Below, in pieces: positions 43,379 through 53,883 of a stretch of DNA of 64,000 bases; position 1 is the stretch's first letter; the number at the start of each line of letters is the position of its first letter. Below the pieces are notes generated by a model that saw only the letters and a program-made list of their open reading frames with translations, was not told where the DNA came from and made no database searches. This stretch comes from Cytophagia bacterium (GTDB taxonomy: Bacteria > Bacteroidota > Bacteroidia > UBA7662): the NCBI GenBank assembly GCA_009926405.1, contig RFOZ01000001.1:3261-67260 (forward strand). The letters are read 5' to 3'. The position numbers and the translations under genes were made by a program.

Positions 43379-44330
43379 TCCTTTTCCGCAAGCGCCGATT
43401 CAATTGCCAGGAATGACCGGTTTTTACCGGGGAAAGGTCCGGGATGTTTATTTTCTGGAAGATCGTCGCTTGGTGATGGTTGCATCCGATCGAATTTCGG
43501 CCTTTGACGTGGTCTTGCCGGCCGCCATACCACGCAAAGGGGAGGTGCTGAACCGTACCGCTGCCTATTTCCTGGAAAAAACCCGGGATTTGGTTCCCAA
43601 TTGGCTCATTAGCAGCCCACACCCCCGTGTTTCCTACGGTTATTGTGCCGAACCGATTCCGGTGGAGATGGTGGTTCGGGGTTACTTGTCCGGCCATGCT
43701 TGGCGTTGTTATCGGGATGGCGCTCGATCCCTTTGTGGTGTAATACTGCCGGAAGGCCTCAAAGAATCCGATCCATTGGATCGCCCCATCCTTACCCCAA
43801 CCACCAAGGCATCCGAAGGTCACGATCAGGATATTTCTCGTGAACAAATTTTGGAGCAGGGCCTGGTTAGCGAAGAGAATTACAAAATCATGGAGGAATA
43901 TTCGCTGGCTTTGTTTGAACGTGGTCGTCAGATGGCGTTGGAACGTGGTTTGATTTTGGTGGATACCAAATATGAATTCGGACTTTTGGATGGCCAAATT
44001 CTCCTGATGGACGAAGTGCATACCCCCGATTCATCCCGTTACTTCTATGCCGATTCTTATCAGGAACTGCAGGATAAAGGCCAACCCCAACAGCAATTAT
44101 CCAAAGAATTTGTCCGTCAATGGCTGATTGCCAATGGATTCCAGGGTTTGCCCGGGCAAAAAATTCCAGTCATGACATCCGATTGGATTCATGAAATAAG
44201 CGAGCGTTACCAAGCACTGTACCGTCAATTAACAGGTCAGAATTTGGGGGCTGTGCAGTCCATGGAGATTGGCCTGGAACCCACCGATTGGGTCGAAGAT
44301 TTTTTGAAGTATCGTCAAACCTTGAGCTAA
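43371..44330 (+). CDS. purC: phosphoribosylaminoimidazole-succinocarboxamide synthase
   Basis: Start at MPNPFPQ, overlapping phoH by 8 nt. SAICAR synthetase motifs GKVRDVY and LVDTKYEFG. Confidence 0.9.
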   Translation: MPNPFPQAPIQLPGMTGFYRGKVRDVYFLEDRRLVMVASDRISAFDVVLPAAIPRKGEVLNRTAAYFLEKTRDLVPNWLISSPHPRVSYGYCAEPIPVEMVVRGYLSGHAWRCYRDGARSLCGVILPEGLKESDPLDRPILTPTTKASEGHDQDISREQILEQGLVSEENYKIMEEYSLALFERGRQMALERGLILVDTKYEFGLLDGQILLMDEVHTPDSSRYFYADSYQELQDKGQPQQQLSKEFVRQWLIANGFQGLPGQKIPVMTSDWIHEISERYQALYRQLTGQNLGAVQSMEIGLEPTDWVEDFLKYRQTLS

Positions 44331-45271
44331 AGACCAAGGCCCATGAAAGTGCCGATATGCCTTTCAATTTTGGCTGGGTTAATATCGGCAATGGTTACCA
44401 AAATGCCGGCTTCGTTCACCCGACCAAAGGCGGCGTTGTGAGCAAAACCAAAATATTTCATGGTAGACGATAAATTCATGTAGGCAGGAAAGAGAGGAGG
44501 GACCCGGGTCCCCCATTCCTGGGTTTTTTTGTGGAGGAGATTCAGTCCTTTTTCGTAGTCCAAATCAACCCATAAATCATTGATTTCTTTGGGTATAGAA
44601 AGTTCAACCTCGAATTCACGGCGGGGCTCTACCCAGTGATTTGAATCGGCAAAATAATGAGTTAAGAAACCGTGAAGTCCAACGAGGGCTTCTTTGGGGT
44701 AAGCGTCAAAGACCGTGACTTTGCCGTAGAGGTAACGGATATCTTTCCTACTCACGGACAGGGCCCCCAATCCATCCCACAGATTGTCCAAAGCAAAGAT
44801 GCCTTTGCGGTAAGGGCCTTCGGGTTGGTAATCCGGTGCCACAAAAGCCCGTCCCAACTCAAGGGTGTACGGTAACACATGGTTGCAAAAATCCGGACTG
44901 AACGAAAAAAGCGTGTTCGAGGAAAGACGAAAAGCCCCTTGGGCATCCGGTCCCGTTTTGCGGCATTCCACAAAGCGGTAGGCGGCCATGATTTGACGGT
45001 TTTCGGGGTCCCAAACCAGCAATTGTTCGTAGCCATTGGGTTCCATATCGTAGGTGTCCAGATCACAGGCTTTACCGGTTCCTCCGCCTTCGGACCGAAA
45101 ACAGAGCTCGCGAAGACGTCCGATTTCCTGCAGGCAGGCCGGTGCATTGTCTGCATTGACCACGTAGAGCAGGTTGTTGCCTTTGTTGGTGCTGCGTAGC
45201 AGGCGTTCAGGCAACAACTCTGCTTCGATCGCTGCGGGGTCTTGGGCGTTAATGAGAGTCTGCATGGGCAT
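44327..45271 (-). CDS. GNAT-like N-acyltransferase of the OlsB/GlsB (hemolysin-like) family
   Basis: 314 aa with the ELGRAFV motif characteristic of ornithine-lipid/glycine-lipid N-acyltransferases. Overlaps the upstream PlsC-like gene by about 23 nt. Confidence 0.65.
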   Translation of the reverse strand: MPMQTLINAQDPAAIEAELLPERLLRSTNKGNNLLYVVNADNAPACLQEIGRLRELCFRSEGGGTGKACDLDTYDMEPNGYEQLLVWDPENRQIMAAYRFVECRKTGPDAQGAFRLSSNTLFSFSPDFCNHVLPYTLELGRAFVAPDYQPEGPYRKGIFALDNLWDGLGALSVSRKDIRYLYGKVTVFDAYPKEALVGLHGFLTHYFADSNHWVEPRREFEVELSIPKEINDLWVDLDYEKGLNLLHKKTQEWGTRVPPLFPAYMNLSSTMKYFGFAHNAAFGRVNEAGILVTIADINPAKIERHIGTFMGLGL

Positions 45272-46088
45272 AGGTTGCGGGGTTGGCTGGGTCTAGGCTG
45301 TAAACAAGGGAACGAACGCGCTTGGTCCAAGCGGCATCGCCTTCGCCGTTGGATAGGCTTTCAGGCTGCAGGGGCGGACCAAGGTGCAGGGTAACTCGTG
45401 TGCCGCGTAGGCGGTACATTTCATCCGGCAATAGAATCATTTCTATATTGGCTTTAATTCCTAATCGTTTACGCCAAGTATAGGTTTTATAAAATCGCTC
45501 CGACAACCGTCCTTCAATAAACAATGGAATCAAGGGAATCCGGTTCTTGCGAGCGAGGGTTATGGCTGTTTTTTTCCAATCCAAATCACCGATTGTTCCG
45601 TCATGCCGACGAGAAACCAAACCGGATGGAAAGACAATGATTCCGTAACCGGAAGCAATTTTGTCCTGTAGGATGGCGAGGTTTTCCTTCGATTGACGGC
45701 CGTGTTTATTAACAGGAATAAAAAGCCCTTCCAAAGGCTGAACCTGCATCATGATATCGTTGCTCATGGATGCAAAGCGATCCCTTACTTTTCCAATGAC
45801 ATCGTAGATTGCCAGGCCATCCAAACCTCCGAGGGGATGATTGGCTACCAAAACAAAAGCCCCTTGAACCGGGAGATGCTCCAGACCGTTGGCAGCGACG
45901 CTCACCCCAAAATGCCGCAAAACTTCCCTGGCAAAGGGCAGATCACGCAGGTGACCGTATTCAGTCAGAAAACGGTTGATTTCGTCTTGGTGAATTAAGC
46001 GTTCGAGGGCCTTAAACAACCAAGACGGTATCCAGCGGGCCAGCCCGGGGTTCTTGGCCTGGAAGGCCGCACGCAGGTTAATTTTCAT
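45249..46088 (-). CDS. lysophospholipid/PlsC-family O-acyltransferase (OlsA/GlsA-like)
   Basis: 279 aa with acyltransferase motif I NHPLGGLDG (HX4D) and FPSG motif III. Confidence 0.65.
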   Translation of the reverse strand: MKINLRAAFQAKNPGLARWIPSWLFKALERLIHQDEINRFLTEYGHLRDLPFAREVLRHFGVSVAANGLEHLPVQGAFVLVANHPLGGLDGLAIYDVIGKVRDRFASMSNDIMMQVQPLEGLFIPVNKHGRQSKENLAILQDKIASGYGIIVFPSGLVSRRHDGTIGDLDWKKTAITLARKNRIPLIPLFIEGRLSERFYKTYTWRKRLGIKANIEMILLPDEMYRLRGTRVTLHLGPPLQPESLSNGEGDAAWTKRVRSLVYSLDPANPATYAHADSH

Positions 46089-46104
46089 AGCCCCTTAGGC
46101 CTCT

Positions 46105-47376
46105 TTAGGTGGCGAACAATGGGAAGCTGGGGGCAAAAGCTTGGACTTCTTTTCCAACCGCTTCGGCGACCGAGGGATCCTGGTGGTTACGGATAACACG
46201 GTCAATCCAATCGGCGATTTTTCCCATGTCCCCTTCATTCATACCCCTCGTGGTTACAGCGGCCGTACCCAAGCGAATACCGCTGGTCACCATCGGCGAT
46301 GCAGTGTCAAAGGGAACCATGTTCTTGTTAATGGTGATATGGGCCCTGCCCAAGGCTTGCTCGGCTTGCTTTCCTGTGCACGATTTGTTACGAAGATCAA
46401 TCAGCATGAGGTGGTTGTCTGTCCCCCCGGAAATGAGTTGGTAACCTCGGTTCATCATCGCTGTTGCCAAGGCCTGGGCGTTCTGACGGACCCGTACGGT
46501 GTATTCCTTGAAGGAGGGAAGCAAGGCCTCACCAAACGCAACGGCTTTGGCTGCTATAATATGTTCCAGCGGTCCGCCCTGGGTTCCTGGAAAAACACCG
46601 GAATCCAAAAGCGATGATAGCGAACGCAATTCGCCCTTGGGGTTTCGTAGATTCCAAGGGTTCGGTTGGTCTTCGCCCATCATAATGATACCGCCCCGGG
46701 GACCCCGAAGGGTTTTGTGGGTGGTGGAGGTCACGATATGGCAATGCGGAAAAGGATGGTTCAACAATCCCGTAGCGATTAACCCGGAAGGGTGGGAGAT
46801 ATCCGCCATGAGCAGAGCCCCAACTTCATCAGCGATCCGACGAAGACGTGCATAATCCCAATCCCTGGGATAGGCGGATGCCCCGCAAATGATAAGCTTT
46901 GGCTGTACTGCTTTGGCTTTTTCGGCCACCCGGTCCCAATCGATGCAACCTGTTTCTTGCTCCACTCCGTAGAAATGGGCCTTGTAAAGTTTGCCGGAGT
47001 AATTCACGGGTGAACCGTGGGTCAAGTGCCCTCCGTGGCTGAGATCAAAGCCCAAAATCGAGTCCCCCGGTTGGAGGACCGCCAGCATAACCGCAGCGTT
47101 GGCCTGGGCCCCGGAATGGGGTTGGACGTTGGCCCAAGCCGCTCCAAAAAGTTGGCAAAGCCGGTCGATGGCTATTTGCTCGATTTGGTCAACAATTTCA
47201 CAACCACCGTAATATCGTTTTCCGGGCAGGCCTTCAGCATATTTATTGGTCAAAATGGAACCGGCGGCTTCCATGACCTGATCGGAGACATAATTTTCGG
47301 AAGCGATCAATTCCAAGCCGATACGTTGGCGTTCTTCTTCGGCTCGGATTAGGTCTGCTAGGATGGTATCGTTCAT
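46105..47376 (-). CDS. glyA: serine hydroxymethyltransferase
   Basis: 423 aa, PLP-binding lysine region [12 protein letters not shown], highly conserved. Confidence 0.97.
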   Translation of the reverse strand: MNDTILADLIRAEEERQRIGLELIASENYVSDQVMEAAGSILTNKYAEGLPGKRYYGGCEIVDQIEQIAIDRLCQLFGAAWANVQPHSGAQANAAVMLAVLQPGDSILGFDLSHGGHLTHGSPVNYSGKLYKAHFYGVEQETGCIDWDRVAEKAKAVQPKLIICGASAYPRDWDYARLRRIADEVGALLMADISHPSGLIATGLLNHPFPHCHIVTSTTHKTLRGPRGGIIMMGEDQPNPWNLRNPKGELRSLSSLLDSGVFPGTQGGPLEHIIAAKAVAFGEALLPSFKEYTVRVRQNAQALATAMMNRGYQLISGGTDNHLMLIDLRNKSCTGKQAEQALGRAHITINKNMVPFDTASPMVTSGIRLGTAAVTTRGMNEGDMGKIADWIDRVIRNHQDPSVAEAVGKEVQAFAPSFPLFAT

Positions 47377-47421
47377 AGGGAAGGAATAAGGGGTCGAAGA
47401 AAGCGTAAGAAATGGAAGGGA

Positions 47422-48471
47422 CTATAACACAGGGTCTGATGCTTGGTTTTGCTCCCAAACCCATGCAGTACGCATCATATCTTCCAGGCTGTATTGAATT
47501 TTCCAGCCCAAGTCACGGGCCGCTCGCTGGTTGTTCGCATAAACCGCCACAACGTCCCCGGGTCTCCGTGGGCCAAAGGTCCAATTAAGACGCAGGTGGT
47601 TGACTGATTCAAAGGCTTGAATCATTTCCAAGACCGTTTGTCCCACACCGGTTCCCAAATTAAAAACAGACCAGGGTCCGGCAGGTGCTGCGTTTTGGTC
47701 CAGGTAACGCACGGCATCAACATGCGCTTGTGCTATATCGCAAACATGGATGTAATCCCGAAGACAAGTCCCGTCCCGGGTTGGATAATCGTTGCCAAAG
47801 ACGGTGAGTTGTTGCCGAACCCCCCTGGCCGTTTGGGTAATGTAGGGCACCAGGTTATCGGGAACACCGACGGTGCATTCCCCCAGACGCCCGGAGGGAT
47901 GGGCTCCTACGGGGTTAAAGTAGCGCAAGGCCACAACCCGTTGACCGGCAACCCGCGCTGGGGTACCGGATAAGACCCAATCTCGGAGCAAGGCCTCGCC
48001 GACGGCCTTGGTACGGCCGTAGGGGGATTCGGTTTCGAGCAACGGTGAATCTTCGGTGACTTGGGTTTGTTCCGGGTTCCCGTAAACGGTACAACTTGAA
48101 GAGAAGACCATGCCGGGAATCCCGTATTCTTCGCAGGCTTTCATCAAATTCATTTGCCCAACCAGGTTGTTCTGGAAATAGAACAAAGGTTGCTGGGTGG
48201 ATTCACCCACGGCTTTAAAGGCCGCAAAGTGTATAACACAAGAAATATCGCCCTCTTGTTCCAAAACTTTGGCCAGCTCTTCCTTGCGGGTCAAGTCTGC
48301 TTGGTATTGATGGTAGTCTTTTTGGGCGATTTCTCGAATTCGATCCGCGATGGCAGGTTTGGAACGGCTGTAGTTGTCTACGCCTACCACCTGATAACCT
48401 GCTTCAAGCAACGCGACGACCGTATGCGATCCGATATACCCGGTGCTTCCGGTCAACAAAACCTTGGGCAT
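47422..48471 (-). CDS. galE: UDP-glucose 4-epimerase
   Basis: Extended SDR with GSTGYIGSH and YxxxK. Confidence 0.88.
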   Translation of the reverse strand: MPKVLLTGSTGYIGSHTVVALLEAGYQVVGVDNYSRSKPAIADRIREIAQKDYHQYQADLTRKEELAKVLEQEGDISCVIHFAAFKAVGESTQQPLFYFQNNLVGQMNLMKACEEYGIPGMVFSSSCTVYGNPEQTQVTEDSPLLETESPYGRTKAVGEALLRDWVLSGTPARVAGQRVVALRYFNPVGAHPSGRLGECTVGVPDNLVPYITQTARGVRQQLTVFGNDYPTRDGTCLRDYIHVCDIAQAHVDAVRYLDQNAAPAGPWSVFNLGTGVGQTVLEMIQAFESVNHLRLNWTFGPRRPGDVVAVYANNQRAARDLGWKIQYSLEDMMRTAWVWEQNQASDPVL

Positions 48472-48474
48472 GGT

Positions 48475-49338
48475 CTAGGAGCGCAATAGTTGGAGGAGGT
48501 ATTGCCCGTAACCGGATTTGATCAGGGGTTGGGCCACCGCCCGCAGTCCTTCATCATCGATAAAGCCCATGCGCCATGCGATTTCTTCAATGCATCCAAT
48601 TTTGAGTCCTTGACGCTCTTCAATGACTTGTACGAATTGTCCGGCTTGCATCAACGATGCAAAGGTGCCCGTATCCAACCAAGCAGTCCCTCGGTCCAGG
48701 ACCTGAACCTTGAGACGACCCTGGGCCAGGTAATGCCGGTTGATATCCGTGATTTCGTATTCGCCCCGAGCGGATGGTTGCAGGTTCCGGGCAATTTCGA
48801 CTACGTTTTCGTCGTAGAAATACAGACCGGGGACGGCGTAATTGGATTTGGGTTTGGCTGGTTTTTCTTCGATGCTGAGGGCCCTGCCTTCGGCATCAAA
48901 TTCAACAACCCCGTAACGCTCTGGATCGTTGACGTGGTATGCAAAGACAACCCCGCCTTCGGGATCTGCATGGGAGGCCAACATACGACTCAGTCCGGAT
49001 CCGTAAAAAATATTATCGCCCAAGACCAAGGCGGATTTGTTGTTACCAATAAAGTCCGCGCCCAAAACAAAGGCCTGCGCCAAACCATTGGGAACCTCTT
49101 GAACACAATATTCAAAACGACATCCGATCCGCGACCCGTCCCCCAGCAGTCTTTCAAAAGAGGGAAGGTCCTGGGGGGTCGAAATAATCAAGATTTCCCG
49201 TATTCCGGCCATCATCAAGACCGAGATGGGGTAATAAACCATGGGCTTGTCGTACACCGGCATTAGCTGCTTGCTGGTGGCCAGGGTTAGAGGATGCAAA
49301 CGGGTGCCGGATCCTCCGGCTAACACAATTCCTTTCAT
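48475..49338 (-). CDS. rfbA: glucose-1-phosphate thymidylyltransferase
   Basis: [18 protein letters not shown] nucleotidyltransferase motif. About 287 aa. Confidence 0.9.
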   Translation of the reverse strand: MKGIVLAGGSGTRLHPLTLATSKQLMPVYDKPMVYYPISVLMMAGIREILIISTPQDLPSFERLLGDGSRIGCRFEYCVQEVPNGLAQAFVLGADFIGNNKSALVLGDNIFYGSGLSRMLASHADPEGGVVFAYHVNDPERYGVVEFDAEGRALSIEEKPAKPKSNYAVPGLYFYDENVVEIARNLQPSARGEYEITDINRHYLAQGRLKVQVLDRGTAWLDTGTFASLMQAGQFVQVIEERQGLKIGCIEEIAWRMGFIDDEGLRAVAQPLIKSGYGQYLLQLLRS

Positions 49339-49340
49339 GG

Positions 49341-50285
49341 TCAAGAGACAGGGTTACGAATTTGATCGGCCAGCAAATAGAGAACTGCCATGCGAACGGC
49401 GACCCCGTTTTCGACTTGCTGTAAAATCACGGAATGCGGTCCATCGGCCACATCGGATTGGAGTTCCACACCACGATTGATGGGGCCTGGGTGCATAATC
49501 ACCAGGGGATGGGAAAGTTTTTGGAGGCGGGCTTTGTTAATCCCAAAATACAGAGCGTATTCCCGCAACGAAGGGAGGTACCGAATGGCCTGTCTTTCGT
49601 GTTGAATGCGGAGAACATTGGCTACATCGCACCATTCGAGGGCTTCATCCAGCCGCTGCATGACGGGGAATCCCATTTCATCCAGATGGGGAGGCAACAA
49701 CGTTGCCGGTCCGGTGACCCGTACCTCGGCCCCCAATTTGCGCAAACAATGGAGGTTGGACATCGCCACCCGCGAATGCAGAATATCCCCAACCATTAGC
49801 ACCTTGACACCGCGTAGGCGTCCCATCTTTTGACGAATGGTATAGGCATCCAAAAGGGCCTGGGTTGGGTGCTCATGGGCGCCATCGCCTGCATTGATAA
49901 TGCGGGCATCCACCCGGTCTGCCAGGTAACGACAGGTACCGGCATGGGCATGGCGCACCACCAGCATATCGATTTTCATGGCCAAAATATTGCGGACTGT
50001 ATCGCTCAGGGTTTCACCCTTGGAGAGCGAACTGCCGCTTCCCGAAAAATTAATCACATCGGCCGACAGGCGCTTCTCGGCCAATTCAAACGAAAGTCGG
50101 GTCCGGGTTGAATTTTCAAAAAAGAGATTGGCGATGGTCAAATCCCTCAAGGAAGGAACTTTTCGAACCGGGCGGTGAAGAACTTCCAGAAATTGATCCG
50201 CCGTTTGCAAGATCAGATCCAGGTCGCCCTCGCTGAGGTCTTTGATGGCAATCAAGTGCCGGGAGCTAAGGGTTCCTGTTTTCAT
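49341..50285 (-). CDS. pyrB: aspartate carbamoyltransferase catalytic subunit
   Basis: STRTR carbamoyl-phosphate binding motif and HPxQ. Start placed at the MKTGTL Met adjacent to the pyrR stop. Confidence 0.9.
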   Translation of the reverse strand: MKTGTLSSRHLIAIKDLSEGDLDLILQTADQFLEVLHRPVRKVPSLRDLTIANLFFENSTRTRLSFELAEKRLSADVINFSGSGSSLSKGETLSDTVRNILAMKIDMLVVRHAHAGTCRYLADRVDARIINAGDGAHEHPTQALLDAYTIRQKMGRLRGVKVLMVGDILHSRVAMSNLHCLRKLGAEVRVTGPATLLPPHLDEMGFPVMQRLDEALEWCDVANVLRIQHERQAIRYLPSLREYALYFGINKARLQKLSHPLVIMHPGPINRGVELQSDVADGPHSVILQQVENGVAVRMAVLYLLADQIRNPVS

Positions 50286-50851
50286 CCGGCGGAGGGTGTT
50301 GGGGAGGACTCCAATGTTTCGATCCAAACAAAATCACGTCCGGATTCTTCCATCCATTCCACATGGATCCGTTGGTTGGGCTGGGTATTCACCTTGCGCC
50401 CGCAATAATCGGGGCGAATCGGAAATTCTTGGCTGTAGAGACGATGCAGCAGGACCATCAGTTCCACTTTGGCCGGACGCCCAAAATCCAAAAGCGCATC
50501 CAAGCCCGAACGGAGGGTACGGCCTGTGAAAAGGACATCATCAATAAGTACAACGGATTTGCCTTCAATCGAAAAATCAATACGGGTATCCGATGGCAGG
50601 AGCGGTGTTTCTCGGCGTCGAAAATCATCCCGATGAAAAGTAACATCGAGCAAACCAAGGGGCAAGGTGGTTCCGATTTTGGCTTCTAGGATGCTGTGAA
50701 CACGGCGTGCAAGCAGGGTGCCTCGAGGTTGAAGCCCGATCAGCACGCTGTTCTCAAAGCGATGATGGGTTTCGATTAATTCCTGGCTAAGTCGATCCAA
50801 CATCAGGCTCAACTGTACGGGATCGAGGAGGTTTTGGCGTCCTGGGGTCAT
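50282..50851 (-). CDS. pyrR: bifunctional pyrimidine operon regulator / uracil phosphoribosyltransferase PyrR
   Basis: 189 aa PRTase fold with VVLIDDVLFTGRT. Directly upstream of pyrB. Confidence 0.9.
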   Translation of the reverse strand: MTPGRQNLLDPVQLSLMLDRLSQELIETHHRFENSVLIGLQPRGTLLARRVHSILEAKIGTTLPLGLLDVTFHRDDFRRRETPLLPSDTRIDFSIEGKSVVLIDDVLFTGRTLRSGLDALLDFGRPAKVELMVLLHRLYSQEFPIRPDYCGRKVNTQPNQRIHVEWMEESGRDFVWIETLESSPTPSAG

Positions 50852-50852
50852 C

Positions 50853-51344
50853 TTAGGGGGCGGGCCACTGAGCGCGGGCTAAGATAGTATCAAAATGAGC
50901 CTTGCTCAAGGGGACGACCGACAAGCGGGTATGGGTCAGCAAAGGCAGACCGGCCAAGGCCGGGTCGTTTTTCATTTCCTGCAAGGTAACAGGCCGTTGG
51001 AGGGCTTGGAGGGGACGAACCTTGACCGCTACCCAAGGGTCATCCGGACCCGCGGTAGGGTCCGGAAAAGAAGACGAAACTAGCTCCATGAGGCCTACCA
51101 CCGCTTTTTGGGTAACGCTGTGGTAAAAAAGCGCCAAATCCCCCTTTTTCATGGCTTTGAGATTCAGTTTGGCCTGGTGATTGCGAACGCCATCCCAGGT
51201 TCCCACCTTCTCACGGCATAAATCTTCCCATGCATAGGTTTCGGGTTCCGATTTGAGTAGCCAACAAGCCAAGGGGAGTGGATTCAGGGTTTTGACACCT
51301 AAATTTAGGGCACAATCACCCCCCATGCCTCGTTCTACCCCCAA
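50853..51344 (-). CDS. EVE (PUA-like) domain protein
   Basis: WLLKSEP...W.GVRN.QA...M..GD...FYHS signature of the EVE/DUF55 family. Its stop abuts the pyrR start. N-terminal extent uncertain. Confidence 0.7.
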   Translation of the reverse strand: MGVERGMGGDCALNLGVKTLNPLPLACWLLKSEPETYAWEDLCREKVGTWDGVRNHQAKLNLKAMKKGDLALFYHSVTQKAVVGLMELVSSSFPDPTAGPDDPWVAVKVRPLQALQRPVTLQEMKNDPALAGLPLLTHTRLSVVPLSKAHFDTILARAQWPAP

Positions 51345-51561
51345 GGATTCTCCAAACGGCCCCGATGCAGGTGGTCCCGGTGTCTTTTCGCAGCGAATGA
51401 ACCGGGCTCGTCATTGGGTTGAGCAATTGGAGAGGCAGACCGAAGATTTGGACCAAGCCATGGAGGCCTACCGCCAGGCCATGGAAGAATTGGATTGGTG
51501 CAGGGAATACCTGCGCAAGGCCCGTCTGCAAGTGGAGGCCTTGGTCAAAAGCCCTGACTAA
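51325..51561 (+). CDS. small helical-hairpin protein, possibly exodeoxyribonuclease VII small subunit-like
   Basis: 78 aa from MPRSTPKD. The C-terminal 55 aa shares an ungapped pattern with XseB (F..........V..LE.....L..A...Y/F.....L.....L..A...V..L). No xseA in the window. Tentative. Confidence 0.35.
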   Translation: MPRSTPKDSPNGPDAGGPGVFSQRMNRARHWVEQLERQTEDLDQAMEAYRQAMEELDWCREYLRKARLQVEALVKSPD

Positions 51562-53126
51562 CGAGGTAAGGAGGCCGGCTGAATATCTTGGATAAAGGCC
51601 AACCAGGATTCTGCGTATTTGCCTTTGAGAACCCGAGGGAATTTGTTTTGACCTCCCATTTTGTTCAGGGTATTCATCCATTCCAAGGGCACTTCCTCGG
51701 AGAGGATGACAATTTCCATAATACGCAAGGCGTGCCTTCTTTCCACATCGTAGTCGTCGTTCAAACCACGAAGAATGGTATCTAGTTTGAGCAGCAGGTC
51801 CACTTGCCTTTCCCGCGCTTGGGCGACTTGTTCCTTGGCCACCGACAAATACCAACGATGACCGTAGCCACCGCTCGTTGACAACCCCATGACGGCGCAT
51901 TCTCCCAATGTAAGGTCTTCGTCATGAGCTAGTTTGAGACATCCTTCGTTGATGTTCTCCATCGAAAGATGCTCTCCACACAGGCTCAAAAAATGTTTAA
52001 TACGGCCGGTGATTTTAATTTCGATATTGTGCAAACACTCAAAGCGAATCGTATCACCAATCAAATATCGCCAGGCCCCGGAGCAGGTGGTAATCAAGAG
52101 AGCGTAATCCTTGTGGGCCTCCACCCGATCGAGGGGAATCGCTTGGGCTTGCGGTCGGACCTGTCCATCCTCGTCAAAATTTTCTTCGTCAAAGGGAATG
52201 AATTCGTAATAAATTCCGTTGTTAAGACTGAGGCGCATGCCTTTGCGTTCCGGCGCAATCCGCGTATCGTAAGCCAAAAATCCTTCGGAGGCCAAATACG
52301 TTTCGATCAAGGATAAGGGTCTGGCGCATAAGCGGTCCAAGGCAGGCATGTAGGGGTCGATGGCTACGCCACCGTAGGCAAAAACCTGAAGATTTGGCCA
52401 GATATCGTGGATGGACTTTACCCCGTAATGATGGACGATTCGCTCAAACAACAATTGCACCCAGGATGGTATCCCGGTGACCACCCAAATATCCCAATTT
52501 TTGGCTTGCAGGGTGATTTCTTGGATTTTTTGTTCCCAATCTTTGATTTGTGCTATCCGATCACCCGGCTTAAAAAAAGGGGTAAACCACAGGGGGATCT
52601 TGGAGGTATTGATGCCGCTGAGGTCACCATAAAAATAATGCCCCGAATGATTTAGGCTGGCCGACCCCCCCAGAATCATAATGCCTTTTTCGAAAAGCTC
52701 GCTGGGAAAGTTAAAGCGAGACAATACCAACATTTGTTTTATGGAAGTCCGGCGCATGGACTTGATCATATCGCCCGAAACAGGAATGTACTTGCTGGCG
52801 GCTTCGGAGGTTCCGCTGCTTAGGGCAAAGTACTTGATTTTTCCTGGCCAGGTAATGTTGGACTTGCCTTCGTGATATCGCTTCCACCAACGTTCGTTAA
52901 TGGCATTGTAATCGTGAATGGGCACGCGTCGGCTAAATTCTTCCAGCATCTGTCCGGAATCCAAAATGGAGGAGAACCCGTAATAGCGACCGATATCTGT
53001 GTTACGGGCTTTGCGCAGGAGGCGCGCCAGGACAATTTTTTGTTGGATTCTAGGGCTTAATATATTGAATTGCAGAGCTTTGCCTGCCTGAAGGGTGCGT
53101 TTGAAGAGGGTTCCTAACAGCGCCAT
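51558..53126 (-). CDS. GH3 auxin-responsive-promoter family protein (acyl-acid amido synthetase-like adenylating enzyme)
   Basis: 522 aa with the bacterial GH3-family N-terminus and ANL-superfamily adenylation motifs (ALSSGTSEA). Confidence 0.75.
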   Translation of the reverse strand: MALLGTLFKRTLQAGKALQFNILSPRIQQKIVLARLLRKARNTDIGRYYGFSSILDSGQMLEEFSRRVPIHDYNAINERWWKRYHEGKSNITWPGKIKYFALSSGTSEAASKYIPVSGDMIKSMRRTSIKQMLVLSRFNFPSELFEKGIMILGGSASLNHSGHYFYGDLSGINTSKIPLWFTPFFKPGDRIAQIKDWEQKIQEITLQAKNWDIWVVTGIPSWVQLLFERIVHHYGVKSIHDIWPNLQVFAYGGVAIDPYMPALDRLCARPLSLIETYLASEGFLAYDTRIAPERKGMRLSLNNGIYYEFIPFDEENFDEDGQVRPQAQAIPLDRVEAHKDYALLITTCSGAWRYLIGDTIRFECLHNIEIKITGRIKHFLSLCGEHLSMENINEGCLKLAHDEDLTLGECAVMGLSTSGGYGHRWYLSVAKEQVAQARERQVDLLLKLDTILRGLNDDYDVERRHALRIMEIVILSEEVPLEWMNTLNKMGGQNKFPRVLKGKYAESWLAFIQDIQPASLPR

Positions 53127-53129
53127 GGC

Positions 53130-53783
53130 TTAGGAATTCGTTGGGCTGGGCGACCAGGATTCGGGATGGGTCCTCCATGCTTCGAGGGATGTTATGGCAT
53201 CCGATGAAAGGTAGTTGTTGGCTACCGCTGCCTCCAAAAGATCGGAATACGTACAAAGGCTGATAAAACGAAAACCGGCCTCCTCAAAGCGTTGATCAGC
53301 GATGGGAAATCCGTAATTGAAAACACTCATAACACACAAAACTTCCAGGCCTTCGCTGCGCAATGTTTCGGCCGCTTGTAGTGAACTCTGTCCAGTGGAA
53401 ATCAAATCTTCGATGAGGATGGTACGGGAACCTGGTTCGGCACGGCCCTCAAGGAGGCTACGGGTGCCATGCTCTTTGGCTTTGGTGCGAACGTAGGCAA
53501 AAGGGAGACCCAATTGTTCGGCGACCAGGACTCCTTGGGGAATGCCGGCCGTAGCAACGCCGGTTATCAAATCGCAACGCCCAAAGGTGGTGGTGATTCG
53601 ATCCGCCAATTGTTGGCGAATAAAAGTGCGGAATAAGGGGTAGGAAAGAGTGACCCGGTTATCGCAATAGATGGGTGATAGCCACCCAGACGCCCATCGA
53701 AACGGTTTGGTGGGAGAAAATTGCACAGCTTTGGTTTCCAACAATATCTTCGCAACAGCCAAGGCGCTCTCTTTTGTTTCCAT
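53130..53783 (-). CDS. pyrE: orotate phosphoribosyltransferase
   Basis: 217 aa type I PRTase with PRPP-binding ILIEDLISTGQS. Confidence 0.9.
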   Translation of the reverse strand: METKESALAVAKILLETKAVQFSPTKPFRWASGWLSPIYCDNRVTLSYPLFRTFIRQQLADRITTTFGRCDLITGVATAGIPQGVLVAEQLGLPFAYVRTKAKEHGTRSLLEGRAEPGSRTILIEDLISTGQSSLQAAETLRSEGLEVLCVMSVFNYGFPIADQRFEEAGFRFISLCTYSDLLEAAVANNYLSSDAITSLEAWRTHPESWSPSPTNS

Positions 53784-53883
53784 GTTTCAAAATTACTTCT
53801 TTTATTGTCAGGACGTACCTTTTGCGTTTCGAGATCCTCGTGGATCTGAACCGGTTGACCTGGTGGAGGAGGTTTGGAAAGAA

